From the human T2T-CHM13v2.0 reference genome, Homo sapiens: 64,000 bases of DNA. Both the position numbers and the translations under genes were made by a program. Location of the stretch: contig CP068257.2 in the NCBI GenBank assembly GCA_009914755.4, forward strand, positions 10,016,001 to 10,080,000, in the 5' to 3' direction. The notes beneath the pieces are model-generated. The model was not told the DNA's origin and did not search any database. It was given only the letters and a program-made list of their open reading frames with translations. This document shows, piece by piece, positions 25,601 to 37,306 of this stretch (the stretch's first letter is position 1; each line of letters begins with the position of its first letter).

Positions 25601-28600
25601 ACTGTGTGATGAATGCACTCCTCACAAAGAAGTTTCTCTGAATGCTTCTGTGTAGTTTTTATTTGAAGATATTTCCTTTTCAACTTTAGGGCACAAAGAG
25701 CTCCCAATATCCACTTGCAGATTCTACAAAAAGAGAGATTGGAAACTGCTCAATCAGAAGATACGTTCAACCCTGTGAGATGAATGCACACATCACAGAG
25801 AAGTTTCCCAGAATGCTTCTGTGTATGTAGTTTTTATTTGAAGATATTTCCTTTTCCACCATATGCTGCAAAGGGCTCTAAATATTCAATAACAAAGTCT
25901 ACAAAAGAGAGATTCCAAACTGCTCAATCAAAAGATCTGTTCAACTCTTTAAGTTTAATGCATATATAACAAAGAAGTTTCTCAGAATGTTTCTGTTCAG
26001 TTTTTATGTGAAGATATTTCTTTTTCCACCATAGGCCTCAAAGCCCTCCAAATATCCAATTCCAGATTCTACAAAAAGAGTGTTGCAAAATTGATCAATC
26101 AAAGGAAGGGTTCAACTCTCTGAGATGAATGCACTCATCACAAAGAAGTTTCTCAGAATGCTACTGTGCTCTTTTTATTTAAAGATATTTCCTTTTCCAC
26201 CATAGGGTGCAAAGGGCTCCAAATATCTACTTACGGATTCTACAAAAAGAGAGATTGAAAACTTCTCAATCAAAAAATAAGTTCAAATCTGTGAGTTGAA
26301 TGAACACATAACAAAGAAGTTTGTCAGAATGCTTCTGTGTAGTTTTTATGTGAAGATATTTCCTTTTCCAAAATAGGCCTCAAAGCTCTTGAAATATACA
26401 CTTCCAGATTCCACAAAAAGAGTGTTTCAAAATTGCTCAATCAAAGGAAAGGTTCAACTCTGTGTGATGAATGCACTCATCACAAAGAAGTTTCTCTGAA
26501 TACTTCTGTGTAGTTTTTATTTGAAGATATTTCATTTTCCACAATAGGGCGCAAAGGGCTCCAAATATGGACTTGAAGATTCTACAAAAAGAGAGATTCA
26601 AAGTTGCTCAATCAAAAGAAAGGTTCAACTCTGTGAGTTGAATGCACACATCACAAAGAAGTTTCTCAGAATGCTTCTGCGTAGTTTTTAAGTGAAGATA
26701 CTTCCTTTTCCACAATAGGCCTCAAACCGCTCCAGGTATCCCTTTGCAGATACTACAAAAAGAGTGTTTCAAAACTGCTCAATCAAAAGAAAGTTTCAAC
26801 TTTGTGAGATGAATGAACACATCACAAAGAGGTTTCTCAGCATGCTTCTGTGTAGTTTTTATGTGAACATATTTGCTTTTCCACAATAGGCCTCAAAGCT
26901 CTCCAAATATCCACTTGCAGATTCTGCAAAAAGAGAGATTCAAAAGTGCTCAATAAGGCGGTAGTTTCGACTCTGTGAGTTGAATGCACATCTCCAAAAA
27001 AGTTTCTCAGAATTCTTCTGTGTAGTTTTTATTTGAAGTATTTGCTTTTCCACCATAGGCCCCAAATCGCTACAAATATCCACTTGAAGATTCTGCAAAA
27101 AGAGAGAATCAAAACTGCTCAATCAAAAGATAGGTTCAACTCTGGATGTTGAATGCACACATAACAAAGGAGTTTCTCAGAATGCTTCTGTGTAGTTTTT
27201 ATGTTAAGATATACTCTTTTCCAAAATAGGCCTCATAGCCCTCCAAATATCCACTTCCAGATTCTACAAAGAGTGTTTCAAAACTGCTCAATGAAAAGTA
27301 ACGTTCAACACTGTGTGATGAATGCACTCCTCTCAAAGAAGTTTCTCTGAATGCTTCTGTGTAGTTTTTACTTGAAGATATTTCCTTTTCAACAATAGGG
27401 CACAAAGGGCTGCAAATATCCACTTGCAGATTCTACAAAAAGAGAGATTGGAAACTGCTCAATCATAAGAGGCGTTCAATTCTGTGAGATGAATGCACAC
27501 ATCACAGAGAAGTTTCCCAGAATGCTTCTGTGTAGTTTTTAAGTGAAGATACTTCCTTTTCCACAATAGGCCTCAAATCGCTCCAAATATCCACTTGCAG
27601 ATTCTACAAAAAGTGTGTTTCAAAACTCCTCAATCAAAAGAAAGTTTCAACTCTTTGAGATGAATGAACACATCACAAAGAAGTTTCTCAGAATGCTTCT
27701 GTTTTGTTCTTATTTGAAGATATTTCCTTTTCAGCAATAGGCCTCAAAACTCTCCACATATCCACTTGCAGATTCTGCAAAAAGGGAGATTCAGAGCTGC
27801 TCATTCAAAAGGTAGGTTCAACTCTGTGTTTTGAATACACACCTCACAACGAAGTTTCTCAGAATGCTTCTGTGTAGTTTCTATGTGAAGATATTTCCTT
27901 TTCTACAATAGGCCTCAAAGCTCTCCAAATAGCAACTTTCAGATTCTGCAAAAAGAGAGATTCAAAACTGCCCAATTAGCAGATAGGTTCAACTCTGTGA
28001 GTTGAATACACACATCACAAAGAAGTTTCTCAGAATGCTTCTGTGTAGTTTTTATTTGAAGTTATTTCCTTTTCCACCATAGGCCACAAAGGGATCAAAA
28101 CATCCAAATGCAGATTCTAAAAAAAGGAGATTCAAAACTGCTCAATCAAAAGAAACGTTCAACTCTGTGACATGAATGTACACACCACAAAAAAGTTTCT
28201 CAGAATATTTCTGTGTAGTTTTTATGTGAAGATATTTGCTTTTCCACGGTAGGCCTCAAAGCGCTCCAAATATGTACTTGCAGATTCTATAAAAGGAGTG
28301 TTTCAAAACTGCTGAATAAAAAGAAAGGATCAACTCTGTGAAATGAATGGACACATCACAAAGAAGTTTCTCAGAATGCTTCTGTGTAGCTTTTATTTGA
28401 AGGTATTTCCTTTTCCACCATAGGCCGCAAAGGGATCGAAATATCCAATTGCAGATTCTAAAAAAAGGAGATTCAAAACTGCCCATTTCTGTGTAGTCTT
28501 TATGTGAAGATATTTGCTTTTCCATGTTAGGCCTCAAAGCGATCCAAATATCTACTTGCAGATCCTGTAAAGTGAGTGTTTCAAAACTGCTGAATAAAAA

Positions 28601-31049
28601 GAAAGGATCAACTCTGTGAAATGAATGGACACATCACAAAGAAGTTTCTCAGAATGCTTCTGTGTAGTTTTTATTTGAAGGTATTTCCTTTTCCACCATA
28701 GGCCACAAAGGGATTGAAATATCCAATTGCAGATTCTAAAAAAAGGAGATTCAAAACTGCTCAATCAAAATAAACGTTCAACTCTGTGACATGAATGTGC
28801 ACACCACCAAAAAGTTTCTCAGAATGTTTCTGTGTAGTTTTTATGTGAAGATATTTGCTTTTCCACGGTAGGCCTCAAAGTGCTCCAATTATGTACTTGC
28901 AGATTCTATAAAAGGATTGTTTCAAAACTGCTGAATAAAAAGAAAGGATCAATTCTGTGAAATGAATGGACACATCACAAAGAAGTTTCTCAGAATGCTT
29001 CTGTGTAGTTTTTATTTGAAGGTATTTCCTTTTCCACCATAGGCCGCAAAGGGCTCCAAATATCCAATTGCAGATTCCAAAAAAAAGGAGATTCAATACT
29101 GCTCAATCAAAAGAAAGGTTCAACTCTGTGAATTGAATGCACACATCACAAAGAAGTTTATCAGAATGCTTCTGTGTAGCTTTTATGTTAAGATATTTCC
29201 TTTTCCACAATAGGGCTGATATCGCTCCAAATATCCACTTGCAGACTCTACAAAAACAGTGTTTCATAACTGCTCCATCAAAATAAAGAATCAACTCTGT
29301 GAGGTGAATGCACACATCACAAAGAAGTTTCTCTGAATGCTTCTGTGTAGTGTTTATGTGAACATATTTGCTTTTCCACAATAGGCCCCAAAGTGCTCCA
29401 AATATCCACATGCTGATTTCTACAAAAAGAGTGTTTCAAAACTGCTCAATCATAAGGTAGGTTCGTCCTGTGAGATGAATGCACACATCAAAACGAAGTT
29501 TCTCAGAATGCTTCTGTGTAGTTTTTATTTGAACATATTTCCTTTTCCACCATAGGCCACAAAGGGCTCCAAATATCCACTCACAGATTCTACAAAAAAA
29601 GAGATTCAAAACTGTTTAATCAAAAGCTAGGTTCAACTCTGTCAGTTGAATGCACACATCACAAAGAAGTTTCTCAGAATGCTTCTGTGTAGTTTTTACA
29701 TGAAGATATTTCCTTTTCCCCAATAGGCCTCAAAGCTCTCCAAATATCCACTTGCAGATTCTGCAAAAAGAGATTCAAAACTGCTCCATCAAAAGAGAGG
29801 TTCGACTGTCAGTGGAATGCACACATCACAAAGTAGTTTCTCAGAACGCTTCTGTGTAGTTTGTATGTGAAGATATTTCCTTTTCAACCATAAAGCACAA
29901 AGGGCTCCAAATATCAAGTTGCAGATTGTACCAAAAGAGAGTTTAAAAACGGCTCAATCAAAACATAGGTTCAACTCTGTGAGTTGAATGCACACGTCAC
30001 AAATAGTTTCTCAGAATGATTTTGTGTAGTTTTTAGGTGAAGATATTTGCGATTCCACAGTAGGCCTCAAAGCGCTCCAAATATCCATTTGCTCATTAAA
30101 CAAAAAGAGTGTATCAAAACTGCTCAATCATAAGATAGGTTCAACCCTGTGAGATGAATGCACACATCACAAATAACTTTCTCAGAATGCTTCTGTGTAG
30201 TTTTTATGTGAAGATATTTCCTTTTCCACCGTAGGCCACAAAGGGCTCCAAATATCAACTTGAAGATTCTACAAAAAGAGAGATTCAAAACTGCTCCATC
30301 AAGAGATAAGTTCAACTCTGTGAGTTGAATGGACACATCGCAAAGAATTTTCTCATAATGCTTCTGTGTAGTTTTTATTTGAAGATACTTCCTTTTCCAC
30401 AATAGGCCTCAAAGCTCTCCAACTATCCCCTTGCAGATTCTACAAAAAGAGAGATTCAAAACTGCTCAATCAATAGAGTGGTTTGACTCTGTGCGTTGAA
30501 TGCACACCTCACAGAGAAGTTTCTCAGAATGCTTCTGTGTAGTTTGTATTTGAAGATATTTGCTTTTCCACAGTAGGCCTGAAAGCTCTCCAAATATCCA
30601 CTTGCAGATTCTGCCAAAAGAGAGATTCAAAACTGCTCAATCCAAAGATAGGTTCAACTCTTTGAGTTGAATGCACACATCACAAAGAAGTTTTTCAGAA
30701 TGCTTCTGTGTAGTTATTATCTGAAGATATTTCCTTTTCCACAGAAGACCTCAGAGGTCTTTAATATCTACTTGCAGATTCTGCAAAAAGAGTGATTCAA
30801 AACAGCTCAATCAAAAGATATTTTCGACTCTGTGAGTTGAATGCACACCTAACAAAAAAGATTCTCACAATGCTTCTGTGTAATTTTTAGGTGTAGATGT
30901 TTGCTTTCCCTCATTAGGCCTCAAAAAGTTCCAAATATCCACTTGCAGATTCTGCAAAAAGAGAGATTCAAAACTGCTCATTCAAGAGATAGGTTCAAAT
31001 CTGTGAGTTGACTGCACACCTCACAAAGAAGTTTCTCAGAATGCTTCTG
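22641..31049 (-). repeat. Alpha satellite, minus orientation, C-type monomers (GAATGCTTCTGTGTAGTTTTTAT… and …TCCAAATATCCACTTGCAG, which are ATAAAAACTACACAGAAGCATTC and CTGCAAGTGGATATTTGGA on the other strand).
   Basis: A sharp subfamily change sits near 22640-22670. The same monomer family reappears in plus orientation at 46.65-64.0 kb. Confidence 0.88.
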
Positions 31050-31842
31050 GGTAGTGGAGTGGAGAAAAGTGGAGTGGATTGGAGTGGTAAGGATTGGAAT
31101 GCAATGGAGTGGAGTGGAATGGAATGGAATGGAACAGAATGGAATGGAATGGAGTGGAACAGAGTGGAGTAGAGGGGAGTGGAATGGAGTTGAGTGGAGT
31201 GTATCAGAGTGCAGTGGAATGGAAAGGAATGGAATGGATTGGAATGGATTGGAGTGGAGTGGAGTGGAATGGAGTGAAATAGAGTGGAGTGGAATGAAGT
31301 GGAATGGAATGGAATGGAGTTGAATGTAACGGAATGGAGCAGAAAGGAATGGAACGGAACTTAAAGGAATCTAGTGGAGTGGAGTGGAGTGGAGTTGATC
31401 AGAGTGCAGTGGAATTGAATGGAATGGACTGGAATGGAATAGAGTGGAGTGGAGGGGAGTGGTAAGAAGTTGAATAGAGTGGAATGAAATAGAGTGGAGT
31501 GGAATGGTATGGAATGGAATGGAATGGAATGGAATGGAATGGAATGGAAAGGAATGGAAAGGAAGAGAATGGAATGGAATTGAAAGGAGCAGAGTGGAGT
31601 GGAATGGAGTTGATTGGAGGGGATCGGAGTGGAGGGGAATGGAATGGAATGAAGTGGAGTGGAGTGGAGTTGAATGGAATGGAGTGGAGTGAAACGGAAT
31701 GGAATGGAATGGAATGGAACAGAATGGAGTGGAGTGGAGTGGAGTGCAGTGGAGTTGAGTGGAGTGGTTCGGAGTGCAGGGGAATGGAAATGAATGGAAT
31801 GGAATGGAATGAAACAGGATGGAATGCAACGAAGAAATGAAA

Positions 31843-31900
31843 TGTGAGCTAAGATTGTGTCACTGCACTCCAGTCTGGGTGACAGAGGTAGACCAGTCGA
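31843..31900 (+). mobile_element. Alu right-arm 3'-tail fragment of about 60 bp, embedded in the pentameric satellite (copy 1).
   Basis: TGTGAGCTAAGATTGTGTCACTGCACTCCAGTCTGGGTGACAGAGGTAGACCAGTCGAAATAAA compared with the Alu consensus GTGAGCCGAGATCGCGCCACTGCACTCCAGCCTGGGCGACAGAGCGAGACTCCGTCTCAAAA. Confidence 0.85.
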
Positions 31901-32596
31901 AATAAAGGAATGGAATGGAATGGAGTAGAATGGAATGGAATGGAGTGGAGTGGAATGGATGGAATGGAGTGGAGTGGATTGGAGTGGAGTGGAATGGAGA
32001 GTAGTGGAGTGTGGTGGAATGAGTGGAGCAGAATGGAATGGAGTGGAATTGAGTGGAATGGAATGGAGTGGAATGGAATGGAATGGAATGGAGTGGAATG
32101 GAATGGAATGCATTGGAGTTGAATGGAATGGAATGGAATGGAATGGAGGGGAATATAATGGAATGTAGTGCAATGAAATGTACTGGAGTGGAGTGCAGTG
32201 GAGTGGAGTGGAATATAGTGAAATGGAGTGGAGTGGAACGGAGTGGAGTGGAATGGAATGGAATGAAATGGAACGGAACAGAACGGAAGAGAATGGAATG
32301 GAAGGGGACAGAGTGGAGCGGAATGGAGTTGAGTGGAGGGGATCGGAGTGCAGTAGAATGGAATTGAATGGAATGGAATGGAGTGGAGTGGAGTGGAATG
32401 GAATGGAGTGGAGTGGAATTGAATGGAAAGGAAAGAAATGGAATGGAATGGAACGGAATAGAATGGAACGGAACAGAACAGAGTGGAGTGGAGTGGAGTT
32501 TAGTGGAGTGGATCGGAGTGCAGGGGAATGGAATGGAATGGAATGGAATGGAATGGAATGGAATGAAATGGAATGGAATGCAACTATGAAATAAAA

Positions 32597-32655
32597 TGTG
32601 AGCTAAGATTGTGCCACTGCACTCCAGTGTGGGTGACAGAGTTAGATCCAGTCGA
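32597..32655 (+). mobile_element. Alu 3'-tail fragment embedded in the pentameric satellite (copy 2).
   Basis: TGTGAGCTAAGATTGTGCCACTGCACTCCAGTGTGGGTGACAGAGTTAGATCCAGTCGAAACAAA. Its flanks (…GGAATGCAAC…ATGAAATG / …AAAGGAATGGAATGGAATGGAGTAGAATGG) are conserved with copy 1. Confidence 0.85.
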
Positions 32656-34431
32656 AACAAAGGAATGGAATGGAATGGAGTAGAATGGAATGGAATGGAG
32701 TTGAGTGGAATGGAATGGAATGGAATGGAGTGGAGTGGAGTGGAATGGAGGGGAGTGGAGTGTAGTGGAATGAGTGGAGCGGAATTGAGCGGAATGGAAT
32801 GGAGTTAAATTGAGTGGAATGGAATGGAATGGAATGGAGTGGAATGGAATGGAATGGAGTGGAATGTAATGGAATGGAGTGCAATAAAATGTAGTGTAGT
32901 GTAGTGTAGTGTAGTGTAGTGGAATGGAGTGGAATGGAATGCAGTGCAGTGGGATGGAATGGAACGGAATGGAAGACAATGAAGTGCAGTGGATTGTAAT
33001 GGAATGGAGTGGAATAGAATGGAGTGGAGTGGTGTGGAGTGGAATGGAGTGGAGTGGAATGGAGTGGAAAGGAATGGAGTGGAGTGGAAAGGAATGGAAT
33101 GGAATGGAATGAAATGGAAAGGAATGGAAGGGAATGAAATGGAATGGAACAGAATAGATTGGAGTGGAATCGAGTGGAGTGGAGTAGGGTGGAGCGGATC
33201 GGAATGCAGTGGAATGAAATGGAATGGAATGGAATGGAATGGAATGAAATAGAATGGAATTTAGGGGAGTGGCGTGGGGTGGATTGAGTGGAGTTGAGTG
33301 CAGTAGTGTGGAATGGAGTGGAATGGAATGTAGTGGAGTGGAATGGAATGGAAAGGAACAGAAAGGAATGGAATGGAATGGAATGGAATGGAATGGAATG
33401 GAACAGAGTGGAGTCTAATGGAGTGAAATGGAGTGGAGTGGAGTGGAGCGGAATGAAATGGAGTGGAATGGAACAGAATGGAACTGACCAGAACGGAATG
33501 GAATCGAATGGAGTGGAGTGGAGTTGAGTGGAGTGGATCGGAGTGCAGTGGAATGAAATGGAATGGAATGGAATGGAATGTATTGGAGTGGATTCGAGTG
33601 GAGTGGAGTGTAGTTGAATGGAGTGGAATGAAATGCAGTGGAGTGGAATGGAATGGAATGGAGTGGAATGGAATAGAATAGAACGGAATGGAATGGAATG
33701 AAAAGGAATGGAGTGGAGTGGAGTTGACTGGAATGGATTGGATTGCCATGGAAAGGAAAGGAAAGGAATGGAATGGAATGGAATGGAATGGAATAGAATG
33801 GAATGGAAAGGAGTGTATTGGAATGGAGTGGAGTGGAGTTGACTGGAATGGATTGGATTGCCATGGAAAGGAAAGGAATGGAATGGAATGGAATGGAATG
33901 GAATGGAATGGAATGGAATGGAATGGAAAGGAGTGTAGTGGAATGGAGTGGAGTGGAGTGCAGTGGATTGGAGTGGAATGGAGTGGAGTGGAGTGCAGTG
34001 GAGTGGAAAGGAGTGGAGTGGTGTGGAATGGAATGGAGTGGAATGGAACGGAACCAAACTGAACAGAGTGGAAAGGAATGGAACGGAGTGGAGTTGAGTG
34101 GAGTAGAGTTGAGTGGAATGGATGGGAATGCTTTGGAATGGAATGGAAAATAATTTAATGAAATTTAGTTGAGTGGAGTGGATTTTATTGGAGTGGAGTG
34201 GAATGGAATGGATTAGAGTTTAGAGCAGTGGCGTGGAGTGGAGTGGAATGGAGTGGAATGGAGTGGAATGAAATGGAGTGGAGTGGAATGGAATGAAATG
34301 GATCAGAATGCTATGGAATGGAATGGAACGGAATGGAGTGGAGTGGAGTTGAGTGGAGTGGATGGGATAGCAGTGGAATGGAATGGAATGAAATGCAATT
34401 GAATGAAATGGAGTGGAATCATGCAATGAAA

Positions 34432-34495
34432 TGTGAGCTAAGATTGTGCCACTGCACTCTAGTCTGGGAGACAGAGTGAGATATAGTCGAAGTAA
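34432..34495 (+). mobile_element. Alu 3'-tail fragment embedded in the pentameric satellite (copy 3).
   Basis: TGTGAGCTAAGATTGTGCCACTGCACTCTAGTCTGGGAGACAGAGTGAGATATAGTCGAAGTAAAAG, with the same conserved flanks. Confidence 0.85.
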
Positions 34496-35591
34496 AAGAA
34501 TGGATTGAAATGCAGTAGAATATAATGGAATGGAGTGGAGTGGAATGGAATGAAGTGGAATAGAATGGAGTGGAGTGGAATGGAGGGGAGTGGATTGGAG
34601 TGGAGTGGAATGGAGTGGAATGGAATGAAATGGAGTGGAGTGGAGTGGAAGAAATAGAGTGGAATGAAGTGGAGTGGAATGGAGTGGAGGGGAGTGAGTG
34701 GAATGGGGTGCAGTGGAATGGAATGGAGTGGACTGGAGTGGAAGGGAGTGGAATGAATTGGAATGGAATGGATTGGAATGGAATGAATGGAGTGGAATGG
34801 AGTGGAGTGTATTGGAGTGGATTGTAGTGGAGGGAAGTGGAATGGAGTAGAATGGAGTGAAATGGAGTGGAGTGGAGTGGAGTGGAATGGAATGGAGTTT
34901 AATGGAATGGAAAGGAACGTACCAGAACAGAATGGAATGGAACGGAATGGAATGGAGTGGAATGGAGTGGAATTGTGTGGAGTGGATCGGAGTGCAGTGG
35001 AATGGAATGGAATGGAATGGAATGGAATGGAATGGAATGGAATGGAATGGAATGGAGTGGAGTGGGGTGGAGTGGATAGGAGTGGAATGGAATGGAGTGG
35101 TGTTGAGTAAACTGGAATAGAGTGGAATGGAATGGAGTGGATTGGAATGCAATGGAAAGGAACAGAATGGAATGAATGGAACAGAATGGTATAGAACGGA
35201 CGGAAAGGAGTGGAGTGGAATGGAGTTGAGTGGAGTGGATCGGATTGCTGTGGAATGGAAAGGAATGGAATGGAATGGAATGGAAAGGAATGTAGTGGAA
35301 TGGAGTGGAGTGGAGTGGAATGGAGAGGAGTGGAATGGAGTGTAGTGGAATGGAGTGGGGTGGAGTGGAGTGCAGTGGAGTGGAGTGCAGTGGAGTGGAA
35401 TGTAGTGGTTTGGAGTGTAATGGAATGGAGTGGAATGCAACGGAACAGAGGAGAATGCAACAGAATGGAATGGAATGGAGTGGAGTGGAGTAGAGTTGAG
35501 TGGAGTGGATCAGACTGCAGTGTAATGGAGTGGAATGGAATTTAAAGTAATCGAGTGGACTGGAGTGGAGTGGAGTTTAGTGGAGTGCGGT

Positions 35592-36137
35592 AGAATAGTT
35601 GTCTATTAGGTCCGCTTGGTGCAGAGCTGAGTTCAATTGCTGGGTATCCTTGTTGACTTTCTGTCTTGTTGATCTGTCTAATGTTGACAGTGGGATGTTA
35701 AAGTCTCCCATTATTAATGTGTGGGAGTCTAAGTCTCTTTGTAGGTCACTAAGCACTTGCTTTATGAATCTGGGTGCTCCTGTATTGAGTGCATATATAT
35801 TTAGGATAGTTAGCTCTTCTTGTTGAATTGATCCCTTTGCCATTATGTAATGGCCTTCTTTGTCTCTTTTGATCTTTGGTGGTTTAAAGTCTGTTTTATC
35901 AGAGACTAGGATTGCAACCCCTGCCTTTTTTTGTTTTCCATTTGCTTGGTAGATCTTCCTCCATTCTTTTATTTTGAGCCTATGTGTGTCTCTGCACGTG
36001 AGATGGGTTTCCTGAATAGAGCACACTGATGGGTCTTGACTCTTTATCCAATTTGCCAGTCTGTGTCTTTTAATTGGAGCATTTAGTCCATTTACATTTA
36101 AAGTTAATATTGTTATGTGTGAATTTGATCCTGTCAT
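35592..36137 (-). pseudogene. L1 ORF2 N-terminal (endonuclease domain) remnant. About 182 codons are open, and the 3' side is truncated by the junction with the satellite.
   Basis: The reverse-complemented ATG is at 36135-36137. The translation matches the L1 EN domain. The apparent ORF only continues to 35577 because the GGAAT satellite has no stop codon in that frame. Confidence 0.9.
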
Positions 36138-36197
36138 GATGATGTTAGCTGGTGATTTTGCTCGTTAGTTGATGCAGTTTCTTCCTAGTCTCGATGG

Positions 36198-37181
36198 TCT
36201 TTACATTTTGGCATAATTTTGCAGCGGCTGGTACCGGTTGTTCCTTTCGATGTTTAGTGCTTTCTTCAGGAGCTCTTTTCGGGCAGGCCTGCTGGTGACA
36301 CAATCTCTCAACATTTGATTGTCTGTAAAGTATTTTATTTTTCCTTCACTTATGAAGCTTAGTTTGGCTGGGTATGAAATTCTGGGTTGAAAATTCTTGT
36401 CTTTAAGAATGTTGAATATTGGCCCCCACTCTCTTCTGGCTTGTAGGGTTTCTGCCGAGAGATCCACTGTTAGTCTGATGGGCTTCTCTTTGAGGGTAAC
36501 CGACCTTTCTCTCTGGCTGCCCTTAACATTTTTTCCTTCATTTCAGCTTTGGTGAATCTGACAATGATGTGTCTTGGAGTTGCTCTTCTCGAGGAGTATC
36601 TTTGTGGCGTTCTCTGTATTTCCTGAATCTGAACGTTGGACTGCCTGCAGAGTGTTTTCCAACTTGGTTCCATTCTCCCCATCACTTTCAGGTACACCAA
36701 TCATACGTAGATTTGGTCTTTTCACATAGTCCCATATTTCTTGGAGGCTTTGCTCATTTCTTTTTATTCTTTTTTCTCTAAACTTCCCTTCTAACTTCAT
36801 TTCATTCATTTCATCTTCCATCGCTGATACTCTTTCTTCCAGTTGATCGCATCGGCTCCTGAGGCTTCTGCATTCTTCACGTAGTTCTCGAGCCTTGGTT
36901 TTCAGCTCCATCAGCTCCTTTAAGCACTTCACTGTATTGGTTATTCTAGTTCTACATTTTTCTAAATTTTTTTCAAAGTTTTCAACTTGTTTGCCTTTGG
37001 TTTGAATGTCCTTCCGTAGCTCAGAATAATTTCATCATCTGAAGCCTTCTTCTCTCAGCTCATCAAAGTCATTCTCCATCCAGCTTTGTTCCGTTGCTGG
37101 TGAGGAACTGCGTTCCTTTGGAGGAGGAGAGGCACTCTGCTTTTTAGAGTTTCCAGTTTTTCTGCTCTGTTTTTTCCCCAT
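36198..37181 (-). pseudogene. L1 ORF1 remnant, disrupted by frameshifts and deletions. It is about 984 bp against the expected ~1017 bp.
   Basis: CCCCAT, the reverse complement of ATGGGG, sits at 37176-37181. ORF1 peptide motifs are split across at least three minus-strand ORFs (36201-36467, 36470-36700, 36543-36932). Confidence 0.85.
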
Positions 37182-37306
37182 CTTTGTGGTTTTATCTACT
37201 TTTGGTCTTTGATGATGGTGATGTACAGATGGGTTTTTGTTGTGGATGTCCTTTCTGTTTGTTAGTTTTCCTTCTAACAGACAGGACCCTCAGCTGCAGG
37301 TCTGTT

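Larger units (their letters stand above)
31050..35591. repeat. Classical pentameric satellite (HSat2/HSat3 family). The plus strand is a GGAAT/GGAGT-rich array, (GGAAT)n with diverged pentamers.
   Basis: There is an abrupt junction inside an alpha monomer at 31049/31050 (…CAGAATGCTTCTG|GGTAGTGGAGTGGAG…). After it come 4.5 kb of GGAATGGAATGGAGTGGAGTGG… with pure (GGAAT)n runs, for example at 31505-31545 and 33885-33925. Confidence 0.92.
35592..37306 (-). mobile_element. Internal LINE-1 (L1PA-type) fragment on the minus strand. It carries the last ~125 bp of the 5'UTR, a frameshifted ORF1, the inter-ORF spacer and the first ~182 codons of ORF2 (endonuclease domain). It has no 3' end and no poly(A).
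   Basis: The right end is the reverse complement of the L1 5'UTR (…GTTAGTTTTCCTTCTAACAGACAGGACCCTCAGCTGCAGGTCTGTT|CCAGTTTTGAAC, after which alpha begins). The left end lies inside ORF2 (…DLIDNY…) and abuts the GGAAT satellite at about 35592. Minus-strand ORFs match L1 ORF1 (…ELMELKTKARELREECRSLRSRCDQLEERVSAMEDEMNEMK…) and the ORF2 EN domain (MTGSNSHITILTLNVNGLNAPIKRHRLANWIKSQDPSVCSIQETHLTC…). Confidence 0.93.

Noticed and set aside
328-30402. Dozens of 60-140-aa ORFs in alpha satellite, with recurring peptides such as …[51 protein letters not shown]… on one strand and …[50 protein letters not shown]… on the other.
   Set aside because: The same peptide motifs recur every 171 bp, which is exactly what translating tandem alpha monomers gives. 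The ORFs are short and have no start or stop context. This is repeat-induced ORF noise.
31361-35460. Very long ORFs on both strands in the six-frame track (up to 471 aa at 32642-34057, 406 aa at 34220-35440, and 270, 266 and 333 aa elsewhere). Their peptides are of the form MEWNGMEWSG… or HSIPFHSTPLHS….
   Set aside because: These are artefacts of the GGAAT/GGAGT pentameric satellite. Neither strand forms stop codons readily in several frames, and the resulting proteins are low-complexity 5-codon periodic repeats. They are not genes.
35577-35600. Extension of the L1 ORF2 fragment to 35577, as in the ORF track.
   Set aside because: The codons beyond about 35592 (…STALH) are read from GGAAT satellite sequence that happens to lack a stop. 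L1 homology ends at about 35592-35600.
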